A stretch of 64,000 nt of DNA from Octopus vulgaris (lineage: Eukaryota): NCBI GenBank assembly GCA_951406725.2, contig OX597824.1, positions 62,620,001-62,684,000 on the forward strand, given 5' to 3'. Each line of letters starts with the position of its first letter. Within the stretch, counting starts at the first letter, position 1. Of the stretch, positions 26,879 to 43,245 are shown piece after piece. Under the pieces are notes generated by a model. It was not told the origin of the DNA. It saw only the letters and a program-made list of their open reading frames with translations, and made no database searches. Both the position numbers and the translations under genes were made by a program.

Positions 26879-27310
26879 GAGAGAAAGAGAAAGAGAAAGA
26901 GGGAGAGAGAGACACACACATATATGCATACATACACATGTTATGTGTGTGAGTGTCTAACGCCTGAGAGCAAGTAATATATATATAATAAATCTCTGAG
27001 CGAGGTACAAACAGTAGCTGCACGACATCGTGAAGTATGTGTGCCATTTAAATGAGGCTATCCCCCTAAGGGTGGATGCTACTGTAGCTGGTAGCCCCAG
27101 GAAGACACCTCCTCCAGCTGGCTATTGACACACTTTTTGTGCCCTATCAGTATTTGCAAAAGGAAGCCATCCTTCCCATCTCCAACCCGATGTGATACAC
27201 ATGGACTCGAGTTTCTGGGTATTAACCCATCATCAACATGTGACAATCATCGGCTGTCAATGTGAAGTGGTTCCCAATGCAAATAATGATAGTGGCAAAT
27301 GTGGTTCACG

Positions 27311-27358
<48 letters not shown>

Positions 27359-30059
27359 GCATGTGCCAAATAAGGGTGATTACGGAATCTAGGTGCTTAT
27401 TTCAGTCAGTACTTCTGTAAATACCACTTAAACGAATGTACTGAAGTGAACAATGCTTTTGTTGCATCATGATCTTTGCACAAATTGCAAGTTCAGCTTC
27501 TTTTGTTTGGTTGCGGGTTATAACATAACGAATGGAAGTACTGGTACCTTGCTTAAAGCGCTTTCAACCATGTTAAATAAATCATCTAAATCGTTTCGCT
27601 AATACCTCTTCATGTACTGAAGTAATGTTTTAATTCTAATGTCATTATTTATTGATGTATAATAAATACTTAAAACGCAGAAAATGAATGTCTTTGCCAC
27701 ATATATATATATCTATATATATATATTACCGTGAATCTCATCCCTTTAGTAGCTGTTTTGCAAGCATTTCAGAAGATGTTGGTTCAAACAGGTCTATATG
27801 TGAGGGTTAATTTAAAGTATATAATTGTGTAAAGCCGGAACAATTCGAGAAGGTACAAAGGTAGCTAGAAAGTTTTAAAAAAAAGAAAAAGAAAGATGCA
27901 GATTTACATTGACTTTCTCTATTTCGGGTGAAATTATTACAGAATTATTACATACTGAAATTATTACATAACTGCCCTAGCATGTAATGCATTTATACAT
28001 TATTTCTTCAGGACATTCAGGGAAATGGTGGGTGGAAAAAATGTCCTGAATAAGGGTGTTTTCACCCTAAATATAGAAATACAAGGTAAAACTGCAACTT
28101 CTGTTTTCTTTTTATTTTGAAGCTTACATTGTACCCTTTCGCATTGTTTCGGGTTTACACATCTACATTCGATAAAGTTATACCTGACAATGCTTCACAA
28201 AAACTACCTCATTTTAATATAAGTGATAATATTTCTCTAACATTTAGCATTTACTAGTAATCAAAGTAAAACTTTAAAATTCAAAAACATTACGTTACAT
28301 TATACTTATTTATAGGAAATAGGCGGATTTAATATTAATTTTAAAATGGCACTTAAGACATTTTCTTTAAAAAGCATTGTAAAAGATTTACTCTGAAAAG
28401 TAACATCACCCTATATTAGATATATTTTATCGACAGCAATATATATCCCTTAAATGATACAAACATTGTGTTTTAACGATTTATTGATGTGCATTTACAT
28501 ATTTTCTTTCGTAATATTACGACTCGTTTCAGAGCACATTATTTCTACTGCCATAATTAAGGAGCTATTATCGGCTTTCTAAAGATAATTCCGGAACGTA
28601 AAATTGCACGGTATACTTGTTGATAGTGACAAAACATCATTGACTTGAATAATTTAATAACGTTACTGTAAATGAACCATTATTTCATTGTAGTTGTGAT
28701 ATTAGTTTCTTTCCATTGATTCACTGCTTATCTAACTTGGCTAGTATTACGGGTACACAATGGACGTGCATATTAGAAACTTTGATTATGTTTTTTCTCG
28801 CCAAATCCTGCATCGATTAATACAATTGTTTATAAAATCGTTATTTTGTAACTATGCTATCGAAAAATGATAACTTAATTTACATTTTGTATTAACAAGG
28901 AAGTATGACGTAATTTCTTTATTATACTTTTGCGTTAAAACTATTACATAACTGCGTTAGCATATGTAATGCGTTTATACATTATTTTGTCTTTCTAAAA
29001 TTCAATTATTACGAAGTACTTCAATACCCTACTCTTCAACAATAAATATGTACTTATCTTTTTTTAGTGCATCTCTATAGATGCGGACTTACAGTTCATT
29101 TTCATAAGACGCATTTCGTAAGACACTTATTTGTTGCGCAATTGTTAGTTTACATGCAAAATTCTTCTGCTAAGTTATAATGGATTAATTATGTTTTCGA
29201 TCTGAAACAAATGACGTTATGTATATTCATATCTGCTGCAATAAAAAAGACAATAATTTTAAAATATTTAAACATAAAAACCACTTCAAACAATTTGTAT
29301 GGTTTTATTGAATTTAAAGCGCATTAATGTATTTGTATTTTCAAAACAAACTATTTACAGATATTATATAATTCAATGCGATAACATATATACAGGTGTT
29401 AAAATTTCAAAATCATTATATTCATTGAGTTAACGAGTTTCTACGGCATAATCTACAGGAAAGAATTTTAATGGTGTGTTGAAAGTTTATCGAATAGCAT
29501 TTCCTCAAATATATATGAAGGCTTATATGAAATAAATTTTACCTAGTATGCATTTTATTATACACTGCTATTAAACTCGAGATTTACTGCTGTTATCTTC
29601 CAAATTCCATAATTAACAATAATTCGAATGAAGACTATAATTAAATCAATACACCGTTACTGATATATCACTAATCATTTCTGCTAAATACAAGATATTT
29701 CCTCTATACTTTTTACAATCTTAAAGAATCATTAAATCACATTATTGTGCGAACATTCACTGTTGTAGCTCTTAGTAATATACCTAATCAATTCTTTATA
29801 ATAGTTTTGAAATTTATGCTAAATGTCACCTGAATGCTCTCATGCGGCCAGTATTTGCTTAAGTTTCTGTGGAGGTCTTAGAAATATTCTCCTACTTAAG
29901 ACGATTTATTAGTTTGTTGCCATTTCAGTGATGAAATGCAATGGTGATCTCAGTGTTTTTTCCTGTCAGAAAGTGAAAAGCTGAATGTAAATACTTAAAG
30001 ACCGATATTCTAACGATTATGCACATCAACTGTCAAATGAATTGTATTATATTCTTTTC

Positions 30060-30465
30060 ATTATTTATTCTTTTTTAATTGATTCAATCATTTGATTGCA
30101 GTTGTACTGGAGCACCGCGTTAAAGGAATTTAGTCGACGAAATCGACGCAAGTACTTATTACTTGTAAGCCTAGTAATTATTCTATCGGTCTCTTTTGCC
30201 GAACCCCTAAGACGTAAGCTCACCAACATCGGTTGTCAAGTAATGATAGGGGAAAAACACAGACACAAAGACACATACACACACAAATACATACATATAT
30301 ATATGCGAAGGGCTTCTTCAGTTTCCGTCTACCAAATCCACTCACAAGGCTTTGGTCGGTCCGAAGCTATACTAGGAGAAACTTGCCCAAGGTGCCACAC
30401 AGTGAGACTGAACCCAGAGCCATGTGGCTGGTAAGCAAGGTTCATACCACACAGCCACGCCTGCA
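30060..30465 (-). mobile_element. SINE family A, full length
   Basis: Reverse complement match along the whole family A sequence. Confidence 0.88.
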
Positions 30466-30629
30466 CCATCAAAAAATATAAACGAAGCAACTAGATATAA
30501 TACATCAAAAAAGTAAATGTAGCAACTAGATTTAAGTGAAACTGCCATATAATAGAAGACACAAGAAGTCTATCCTGAGTGTGTTCTTGAAGTTAATATA
30601 GAACTGCATCCGTAACCTAATGCAATAAT

Positions 30630-31181
30630 CAACCACAGGAAGCTTGGCAAACGTCGACCCAGAATTCTGCTGTGCATAAGCACGAAGTTTTAACAATCTA
30701 GATCAATTCCGCTGCTTACAGCCCTGCTTCGAAATAAGGTGTCTAGTGCGTGATCGTCGCTTTGACCTTGACAGCGAAAGCTGTCATGGCAATACCAACT
30801 CAGAGGCCTATACAAAGTTGCAGAAAGTATATGGAGAGGAGTGTGTCAACTGCACATAAATGTACGAGTTGTTCAGACGTTCCCAGTATGACCGACAAAA
30901 TGTTGATATTGACGAACCTCAGGGAGACTGCAACCAACAAACCTGAGAAAAACATCGCAGATTTGCTTGCAGCTGTGAGGGAAATCATCGAATAGCCATC
31001 CGTGAGTTCCCAGACGATGTGCAGATTACTTATGGTTCAGCTCATTCCATTATCACTGATTATTTGGTTATGCGACGCGTGTCTGCCAAGTTTGTGCCAA
31101 AACTGCTTTCAGCTAACCAAGACTTGCTTGACTTAATTGATAACGATGAAAGCTTTCTGAAAACTTTAGGGTAGGCCCACG
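30630..31181 (+). mobile_element. Internally deleted mariner (N-terminal HTH region + right TIR)
   Basis: EAYTKLQKVYGEEC...[38 protein letters not shown]; ends ...gtaggcccacg|TA. Confidence 0.82.
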
Positions 31182-31182
31182 T

Positions 31183-32734
<1,552 letters not shown>

Positions 32735-32895
32735 AGTATATATACAGGGATGTATCAGTATAACGCTCTGGAATTGAAAGAGTTTTTAACGTTTCGAGCC
32801 TACGCTCTTCCACAGAAAGGGACACAGAGAGAAACACGGAGATAAAATGGCAAATGCATACATGCATACGTATATATATATATATATATATATAC

Positions 32896-32936
<41 letters not shown>

Positions 32937-33019
32937 GGTCCCGGGTTGATTCGGGGTTAACCACAGTAAGTAAGGTACTCAATACATAGCAGAGTAAAAT
33001 TAATTTATTATATAGAAGG

Positions 33020-33070
33020 AGCTTCTACAGGACTAGTACTGTTTCATTCAAGAGAAATCTTCAGGAAGCT
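33020..33070 (-). ncRNA. Type-I hammerhead ribozyme motif
   Basis: AGCTTC-CTGAAGA-TTTCTCTTGAAT-GAAA-CAGTACTAGTCCTG-TA-GAAGCT; perfect 6-bp stem I, near-palindromic stem III. Confidence 0.72.
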
Positions 33071-33399
33071 ATTTAACAAGAATTGTATTAGCATTTATAC
33101 ATTTAGGCAGGTTTAAAGGAGTGGTGGTGGGGGACTTTTTGGGGGTAGGCATAGCGCAAAATATCATACTTGGGGGAGTGGTCAAGGAGTCAGTGGTAAG
33201 TTAGATGAAAGAATAGATAAATAAAAAAATAAAAAAATAAATAAAAAATAAAAAAATAAAATAAAATAAAATAAAAAAATAAAAAAATAAAAAATATAAA
33301 AAATATATATAAAAAAATATATATATAAAATATATATATAAAAAAATATATATATAAAAAAAGGGGGGATAGAGTTATAGGTAAATAAGGAGATTCTCA

Positions 33400-33470
33400 C
33401 TTATACCTATACACACATGTATACGTATCTACACACACATACATACATACACATATATATACACACACAC

Positions 33471-33501
<31 letters not shown>

Positions 33502-34395
33502 CACATATATACATATACATATGTACACACATACATACATATCTACATACACACATACATACACCCGCCCACATATACAAATTTATACACATGCACATGC
33601 CTATACCTGTCTACACATACACACACGTATATATGCATACACTCACTCCCATGCATGCACGCATACACACATGTATATATATATATATATATACCCACGA
33701 CCACACATACATATATACACATAAAAATATATATTCATACGCACATACACTCATGCACACACAACACACCTAGTTCCCTATATACACATATTTACACCTA
33801 TATATACATACACCCACATACACCTATGTACACATATATATATATAAACATATACACGCATACATATATATACATGTGTGCACATACATACATACACACA
33901 TATATACATACACATACACATACACATGTGTACCTATTCATACCTACACATACACACATACATACATACAAATATACATATACATATATATATATACAAT
34001 CCAATACAGGCCCATTCCCTAATTTTAATTTTATTATCTTCATTTATTACTTTTGTTATCTTTGATCGCTAGGGCTAAGAATCCTGGCAATGGCTGCATG
34101 TCCATTTGTCTGTCTACTAGAAGGCAAGTACTCATTCCCGCACGCACACTCATTAGCACGTACATTCACCCATTCGTACACTCATACACATACACGTACG
34201 CACGCGTTATATTCATACATACAAACATCTACATACGTTCACGTATATACACATACGTACTCGTACCTACAGATTCGTGTCTACACTTTAGGAGGCTAGT
34301 CTATACATATACACCAATTAATATACATATATATATATATATACTCGCATATACATACACACACACACATATATACTCCTACATACAGATACATA

Positions 34396-34445
<50 letters not shown>

Positions 34446-34935
34446 CATACACATACACACATACATATACACACACATACATACACATATATATACATAC
34501 ACAAACATATATACACACATATATATATACATACACACATACACACATACATACGTATACATACATACATACATCCATACATCCATACTTACATGCATTT
34601 ATACGCATACACACACCCATCTATATATATGTATATATATATATATATATATACACACTCACACATACATATACAAATCTACGCACACACATACATACAT
34701 ACACGTATACGCATACACGCACATACACATATACATGCGTACCCATACACGTGCACACACGCACGCGCATCCATATATATACACACACACACATATATAT
34801 ACACGTGTGCAAGCATACATACATACTCATACGCGCACACCTACTTACAAATACATATATGCACACACTTACACACATATATATACATACACATATACAT
34901 GCATACATACATATATGCATACATACACACACGCA

Positions 34936-34979
<44 letters not shown>

Positions 34980-35042
34980 TATATACATATATAGACATAC
35001 ATACACATACATACACATACACATACATACACACATATACAC

Positions 35043-35077
<35 letters not shown>

Positions 35078-35282
35078 TACATATATACACATATACATAC
35101 ATATACATACACACACACATACATATATACATATACACTGATACACATACCCATACATACACATGCATATACTTATATCACTACATACTCACATATATAA
35201 ACATATATACATATACACACATACATATATACATGTACATACACATACGTATGCATATATATATATATACATATATATACAC

Positions 35283-35321
<39 letters not shown>

Positions 35322-35583
35322 TACATATACACATATACATGTATACATACGCAAAAATGATACACATATATACACATACACACACACAGACAGATGCATA
35401 TACATACATATATATATATAAACTACATATCTGTATAAATACATACATAATACACATATACACACACATATATATACATTCATGCATATACATATACAAG
35501 TATACATACACATACATACACACACACGCGCACACATACATATACACACACACATATACAAATACATACATACATACACACAT

Positions 35584-35614
<31 letters not shown>

Positions 35615-35716
35615 CATACATGTACACATACACATATGTATATATATATCAACAAGGGAGGGTAAAGTTAATTAGTTATTAATCAATTTCATCAAGTGTT
35701 CAGTATGTAAAGGGAC

Positions 35717-35803
<87 letters not shown>

Positions 35804-35810
35804 TTATATA
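33400..35810. repeat. ~2.4-kb mosaic (CA)/(TA)/(CATA) low-complexity tract
   Basis: Direct observation; source of dozens of spurious H/T/Y/I-rich ORFs. Confidence 0.95.
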
Positions 35811-35814
35811 TATA

Positions 35815-36225
35815 GGCGCAGGAGTGGCTGTGTGGTAGGTAGCTTGTTTACCAACCACATGGGTCCGGGTTCAGTCCCACTGCGTGGCACCTTGGGCAAG
35901 TGTTTTCTACTATAGCCTCGAGCCGACCAAAGCCTTGTGAGTGGATTTGGTAGGCGGAAACTGAAAGAAGCTCGTCGTATATATGTATATATTTATATGC
36001 GTGTGTGTGTTTGTGTGTCTGTGTTTGTCCCCCTAGCATTGCTTGACAACCGATGCTGGTGTGTTATGTCCCCGTTACTTAGCGGTTCGGCAAAAGAGAC
36101 CGATAGAATAAGTACTGGGCTTACAAAAGAATAAGTACCGGGGTCGAGTTGCTCGATTAAAGGCGGTGCTCCAGCATGGCCGCAGTTAAATGACTGAAAT
36201 AAGTAGAAGAGTAAAGAGTAAAGAG
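35815..36225 (+). mobile_element. SINE family A, full length and well preserved
   Basis: A-box-like TGGCTGTGTGG, B-box-like GGTTCAGTCCC, ccttgggcaagtg block, (AGAGTAA)-type tail. Confidence 0.92.
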
Positions 36226-36963
36226 TATACATATACACATGCATATATATATATGTATATATGTAAATATTGCTATTGGTATTGATAAAGTTATATTTGC
36301 TTATACACAAAACTGATTTTAAATCCTGATACTGGTATGAACACTACAATCTCCAAAGTGCCTTAGAAACTGCATATGATATTTTCGGTATATTGATATT
36401 TATATTACGATTGAAATTTCTTTTAGACAGAACATTTTGGAGACCGATATCTTCCCAAAAATTGCAGTGTAAGTAATACCGCCAAAGTAGATTCTACAGA
36501 ACCAACAACAGTTTAACTCCAAAGTAATTTATTTCAAAAGTTACAATTAGTGTCAATATGTATTACATTCTGATAAGAAAAGAAAACTTAACATTTATAC
36601 GTTTTCGTGTTTCTTACTATACTTATTCTTCTTTCTTGCGTTATTATTTATTTTCATTTGTTTTTCTTATAATCATTCTTATTACTAGATGGAATCTTAA
36701 AGTCGCTGAAGATAAAGAGTAGACAAAACTATGAATATGCGACAAGAAAGCAATAAAAGGGAAATAAATAAAGGGAAATATTAAAAAAATATACTGGTAA
36801 ACAAATGAAGACGAAGGTCAAGAAGAAGGCGGTGGAAGAGGAGCAGAAGAAGGTGGGGTGCATGAATAATAAATTATTATAATTCGCCCTCCTACACATT
36901 CTTCTGTGCGATAACAACAACAACAACGACAATAATATTAATAATAATAACAACAACAACAGC

Positions 36964-36999
<36 letters not shown>

Positions 37000-37002
<3 letters not shown>

Positions 37003-37090
37003 TGGAAGTGTTATCATGTACATTTTGTATTGGTATAAAAGATGGGCTACATCAAATATTATGCTCAATACCACAGATTTGCTTCTCATT
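37000..37090 (+). mobile_element. Element X fragment
   Basis: attggaagtgttatcatgtacatt...ctcaataccacagatttgc, duplicated again at ~37166. Confidence 0.75.
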
Positions 37091-37116
37091 TATCTTTTCA
37101 TATTCCTATAATAATA

Positions 37117-37666
37117 TGCCCTGATACAGTACCAGGCAATGGTTCTCATGGCTTTTATTTGAACTGATTGGAAGTGTCATCATGTACATTGTTTTGTCTT
37201 GGTATAAATGGTGGGCTACAGCAAATATTCTGCTCAATACCACAGATTTGCCTGTCAGTTTTTGATCTTACCCATTTGCTGTCCCTTAGTGGCTGACGAT
37301 ATGGGCATCTCTGATCACGAGGAGAATTAGTGGGGAAGCATCATAGCCATGTGTTAAGAGGGTTTCTTTGAGGTTTGGATAATTCACTTCTGGAAGCATG
37401 GGTGTTTCGTTCGACATCCTTAAACAGCCCTTATTCAGGGACTTTTTGAGCAGTGTGGGTTACACGACCAGAAGCAGATTCTAATTAGGTCCCACCTGCA
37501 AGGTCATGTGCTGTTTATCTTGATATAAGATCACCATGTCGTGTACATGTGGTTGTGATGCATGTGCCTAGTGTACCCTTATCAGCCGGGTAGTCACGAT
37601 TGGTATACTGGGCTGCGTATATTTTATCCAAGTGTCACTTTGATGGCATGCACTGCTCTCTGACTC
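37117..37666 (+). mobile_element. Element X, near full length
   Basis: tgccctga...catgcactgctctctgactc, followed by (TAC)n/(TAA)n; no ORF. Confidence 0.85.
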
Positions 37667-37671
37667 AATGA

Positions 37672-37778
<107 letters not shown>

Positions 37779-37789
37779 TATTCACAGAC

Positions 37790-38365
37790 ACGACAGAGTT
37801 GGAACCTACATACACTGGAATCTATACCAATACTATTGAATAACAACAGAAAAAGATGGTATAGGCACTCACCAGGAAAGGTCACAGAAAATGACAAAGC
37901 AACCATACTCATATGCCAACACACACAGATAGAGAAGGTAAGGATAATAGGTCCGATATAATTGTCAGAGATGACGAAGGAAACAAATGCTTTCTTATTG
38001 ATGTAACAATACCAGCAGATGACAACGTTTCTTTAAACGAAACGAAGAAACTTTCAAAATACAAAGACCTAGAAATAGAGTTAACTCGAATGTGGAATCT
38101 AAAAACAGAAACAATTCCTATCATAGCAGGCGCATTAGGTATGATAAAAAAAACATTCAGACAAATACATAACAAAAACACCAGGACTTGCAAATATATA
38201 CATCATACATAAAATTGCACTACTGGGCACTGCACACATCCTACGCAAAACACTTTCAATGCAGTAACCATAAGAACATCACAACAAACCACAGTACATA
38301 CCCAAGGTACACAGAGCTGCGCTCGGTCGTGAAGTGAAAGCACGCTATAAAAATAAACCTACTAA
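37790..38365 (+). mobile_element. R4/Dong-like 3' fragment
   Basis: NRSDIIV..CFLIDVTIP..KLSKYKDL..IPIIAGALG; ends in (AAT)n. Confidence 0.9.
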
Positions 38366-38406
38366 ATAATAATAATAATAACAATAATAATAATAATAAT
38401 AATAAC

Positions 38407-38458
<52 letters not shown>

Positions 38459-38459
38459 T

Positions 38460-39470
38460 CATATGAAAACACGTGCTAAAACTGCTATCTTAGACATTCT
38501 TACTGATAAATGACAAAAATGCCTCTCAATGGCAAATACCCAAAGACAGCTAATAATGCCGATGTTGACAAAGCACTTACCAATCAATTGTTAATGTTTT
38601 CTGACTTAAAGTCAAAAGCCGGAGGGTTTATCATAGTAACCCAAGATCAATTCTTGCCTACAAGGAACAACCAAGCCAACATATTAAAGAAGGGCAGTAG
38701 CGCAATATGTCGTGTATGTAAACAACAAAATGAAACCATCGATCATGTTGTCTTCATGTGCAGATTTCTTGCACCAACAAATTATCTCAACAGACATGAT
38801 AGTGCAGCATAGTATATTTACTGGGTAATATGAAAAGACTTGGACCTGCCCCATAACAAAGACTGGTGGGAACACAAACCATCTCCAGTGCTTGAAAATG
38901 ACTACATCTCACTCCTCTGGAACTTCACCGTTCAAACTGACAGAAAAATAGATGCGAATAGGCAAGATATTATATTCAAGGATTTCAGGCAAAAATCATC
39001 CTTCCTCATCGATATGATTGTCCCAATCAACATAAATATATGTCTCAAAACCTACCAGAAACTGAGCAAGTATAAAGGTCTTGAAATAGAAATTGGCAAA
39101 ATGTAGAGCCTGAAGACTGAAAGAATACCTGTTGTCATAGGTGCCATAGGAATGATAGCAAATGTGGCTGATTGCTACCTAGCTCAGATACCAACTAATC
39201 CAAAAATGGCAGAAGTTAAAAATCAATTATGCTCATGTGAACTGCCTATATCCTATGTAAAATACCTTCTATATAATAACAAATTTTAGAACAAATTTAT
39301 AATTTTCTTATGGTCTCTTACACGTATTCTAGAACAATACTTAGTGCAAATCTAGATATATGGGACAATAATCCTACCAAAAACAAGAAATTCTACTTTG
39401 TTGACTCTTGAATTCTCTGGCTGAGACTTGGAGTCAACTTGTACAAATACAAAGTAAAATTCAAACGTAT
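38460..39470 (+). mobile_element. R4/Dong-like 3' fragment (same family as 9126-12060)
   Basis: PLNGKYP, CRVCKQQNETIDHVVFMC, NRQDIIF..LIDMIVP..KLSKYKGL; 3' UTR then (AAT)n. Confidence 0.92.
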
Positions 39471-39501
39471 AATAATAATAATAATAATGATAATAATTTT
39501 T

Positions 39502-39536
<35 letters not shown>

Positions 39537-39538
39537 GG

Positions 39539-39586
<48 letters not shown>

Positions 39587-39632
39587 TATTAATAATATTA
39601 ATAATAATAATAATAATAATAATAATCATAAT

Positions 39633-39709
<77 letters not shown>

Positions 39710-39737
39710 CAACAACAATAATAATAATAATAATAAA

Positions 39738-40189
39738 GTGCCCTGAGGCAGTATCAGGCATTGGCTCTCGTGGCTTCTGATCTTAACTGATTGGAAGTGT
39801 TATCATGTACATTTTTTTTTCTTGGTATAAAAGATCGGCTACAGCAAATATTCTGCTCAATACCACAGATTTGCTTGTCAGTTGTTTGACCTTTGGGGTT
39901 TGAATAATTCACCTCTGGAAACATGGGTGTTTCGTTCAACATCCTTAAACAACTCTTATTCAGGGACTTTTTGAGCAGTATGGATTACACGACCAGAAGA
40001 AAATTCTAATTACGTTCCACCTGCAAGGTCATATGCTGTTTATCTTTTTATGAGATCTCCATGTCGCGCGCATATGGTTGTGATGCATGTGTCTGGTGTA
40101 CCCTTATCAGATTGGTAGTCATGATGGGTATACTAGGCTTCGTATATTTCACCTCAGTGTTACTTTGAGCATGCACTGCTCTCTCACTC
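39738..40189 (+). mobile_element. Element X, both ends intact, internal deletion
   Basis: (AAT)n|gtgccctgagg...ctctctcactc|(AAT)n. Confidence 0.88.
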
Positions 40190-40257
<68 letters not shown>

Positions 40258-40278
40258 GAAGAAGAAGAAGAAGAAGAA

Positions 40279-40309
<31 letters not shown>

Positions 40310-40324
40310 AAGAAGACGAAGAAG

Positions 40325-41272
40325 AAAAACCCTTCAATAGCAAATACTCAAAGAGAGTTAATAATTCCGATTTTGACAAAGCCCTAACCCATCAATTGTT
40401 AATATTTTCTGGCTTAAAATGAGAAACAGAAGTTTTTATCATAGTAGCCCGAGATCAATGATTACCTACAAGAAACTACCAGGCCAATATATTAAAGAAC
40501 AGCAGCTTCCCAACGTGTGTATATCAACTACAAAATGAAACCACTGACATGTTGTCTCCATATGCAGTCTACTGCATGTTGTCTCCATATGCGCCTACAG
40601 AGTATCTCAATAGTGGGTAATTTGCAAAACCTGGACCTGCCCCGTGATAAAAACTGGTGGGAAAACAAACCGCCTCCAATGCTTGAAAATTATCACACCT
40701 CACTGGTGTGATAATTCCACCTGGAACTTCACCTTTCAAACTGACAGAAATTTAGATGTAAATAGGCTAGACATTATATTGACAAACTTCAAACAAAAAT
40801 CATGCTCCCTCATTGATTTGAATGTTCAAATCGATATACTTTTATTTGCGAAGACCCCCCAAAAAACTGAGCAAGTATAAATATCTTGAAATAGAAATTA
40901 GCAAAAATGTGGAACAGCAAGACTAAAACAATACCTGTTGTCATAGGTAACCTAGAAATGATAGCAAATGGGCCTGATTGCTACTAAGCTCAGATATCAG
41001 GAAACCCCAAAATGGCAGAAATTCAAAAGATAGTCCATATGGGGACTGCCCATATCATACATAATATACTTTATATGGAGTCTCAAATTTTAAAACAAAC
41101 ACAATTGTGTTATGGATTCATAGACATTCTCTAGAACAACACTCTGTACATAGCTAAATATATGGCACCCTATGCATAACACCAACATGAACTTCTAACT
41201 TTTTGTCTCTTGAGGTCGCGGCGTGAAACTTGTAGACAACTGGTACAAATGCAAAGCAAAAGTCAAACATAA
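40325..41272 (+). mobile_element. R4/Dong-like 3' fragment (same family as 38460-39470)
   Basis: Colinear with 38520-39470 including the 3' UTR; NWWENKPPPMLEN, NRLDIIL; ends in (AAT)n. Confidence 0.9.
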
Positions 41273-41354
41273 AATAATTAAAATAATAATAATAATAATA
41301 ATAATAACAACTATAATAACAACAACAACAACAAAATAATAATAATAATAATTT

Positions 41355-41712
41355 CTATTAGCAAGTCTTTATATTTTTTGAAAAAATCTGGCATCTCAAG
41401 GCGAATACAGTACCATTGATTGTAGGATCTTTAGGAATGTTAAAAAAAGGTACTGAAACCTATTTGAAAATGATACCAGGCTTACCATCCTTACAGAAAG
41501 TGCAAAACATCTGGAACGACTCATGTACTGAGAGAAGCATTAGGACTGTGAAAACAATATGCGTTCATGAATTTATTTATTTATTAATTTTTTATATACT
41601 TATTTTACCTCTGAATTTGCGTGTGTAATCTGGGAATACATACAATGAGCTTCTCTGCCCTAGGTGTACGGAAAATATTCGGCGAGAAGCGGAAGAAAAT
41701 TTGAAGAAGGGA
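41355..41712 (+). mobile_element. R4/Dong-like extreme 3' fragment (another family)
   Basis: VPLIVGSLGMLKKG..LQKVQ; 3' UTR ends at (AAT)n(AAG)n. Confidence 0.75.
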
Positions 41713-41811
<99 letters not shown>

Positions 41812-43169
41812 AAGAAGAAGAAGAAGAAGAAGAAGAAGAAGAAGAAGAAGAAGAAGAAACAAAGCAACCTATTAGAAGAAGACTTTTCTACACAAAAAAG
41901 GAGACAAGAAAATGAGTCTGCACTATAATTGCAATCATACAATAAGAGACATTAATAAAAAGGAATAGTGCCAAACGAAAGCAACAGCACAGAATATCTC
42001 CCCATTTTAGAAGACAGAAAAAATGGAGAGAGAGCAATTGCAAATGAAAAAGAATAATTCCAAATGACAAATGTGTCTCTTATTCATAACTGAAGCTAAA
42101 ATATTTTTATGTAAGTGTTTGACATAATGGAATATGCTTTGGTTAGATTTTGTTTTAACTTTTTGTTCGATATATTTTATTTATTTATTACATAATGGAA
42201 TATGCTTTGGTTAGATCTTTTTTTTTTGTTTTTAACTTTTTGTTCTATATATTTTATTTATTACATTCTCTTCTCGTCTATAAGACTGATTTTTTTCATA
42301 ATTTCTTCTATTTCATAAAATATACTGCAAAATGTAGATATGAATATGGAATTATGTTTTTTGTATTTTCTTCTTTATAAAAATTTTACTGCTTTAAATT
42401 GCATTCTGAGCCAAATTATTTTTGCATAGAAGAACTTTTATTAAGAGCGAAATGGATTTTAAAAAACACTGAAACTTTGTTTTGATTTGGTGTGATTCTT
42501 ATTGTTTATATGTGTAAAGAATGTAATTTTGATAGTTTCGGAATTTTCTTGGCGTGTTTTTCTTTTTTTTTTTCGGTTGCAAAGAAACATGTTGTGTTCA
42601 GAATGGAGGTATTCTCGCGAGGATATATGTTCAGAATAGCCATCATATAGAAACAGTTAATTTCATTCTATGAAGAAAGAAACGAAATTCGACTGTGATA
42701 TGAACGATAACAACACTTAGGAATAACTCAGTGACATGAAGAAAACTGCAATATTGTTTAAATATTCGCTTGCATGTGTAAACAACTATATAATTTTTTA
42801 AGAAGAAATACCTGAATATTCATGGCATTTAAGATGCACGAAGATAAAGTGACAAATACATATTAAAGCTTAGTGTCATATATTCATTCATCCTTTGAAA
42901 CGTATGTGATGATGCATTAGCGCATGTATCTCTTTGATGTTGGTTTATGATCAGACTGGACATCATATTATATGCAGATAACTATATAGCACCTTCTTTT
43001 CATAGAAATAAAAATCATACACATCCACATATACACACACTTACACATGTACACTCACGTAAATATTTATACACACTAATATCTAAATACATATTGATGA
43101 TGATATATGTATGGCTATACATACATACATACATACACAAATACATACATATATATACATATATATAAA

Positions 43170-43215
<46 letters not shown>

Positions 43216-43245
43216 CATATATACATACATATATATATATATGTA

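Noticed and set aside
33417-35682. Long ORFs up to 313 aa rich in H/T/Y/I or V/C/M, and poly-N/I/L ORFs elsewhere
   Set aside because: Translations of dinucleotide and trinucleotide microsatellites.
35815-35890. tRNA-like A/B boxes as tRNA genes
   Set aside because: Heads of multi-copy SINEs; no complete cloverleaf.
37560-37640. Twister-like motifs in minus-strand element X (TACG(A/C)AGCCC...AAGGG)
   Set aside because: Could not place the UAA cleavage loop or the conserved GA; AGGG is absorbed in a simple hairpin.
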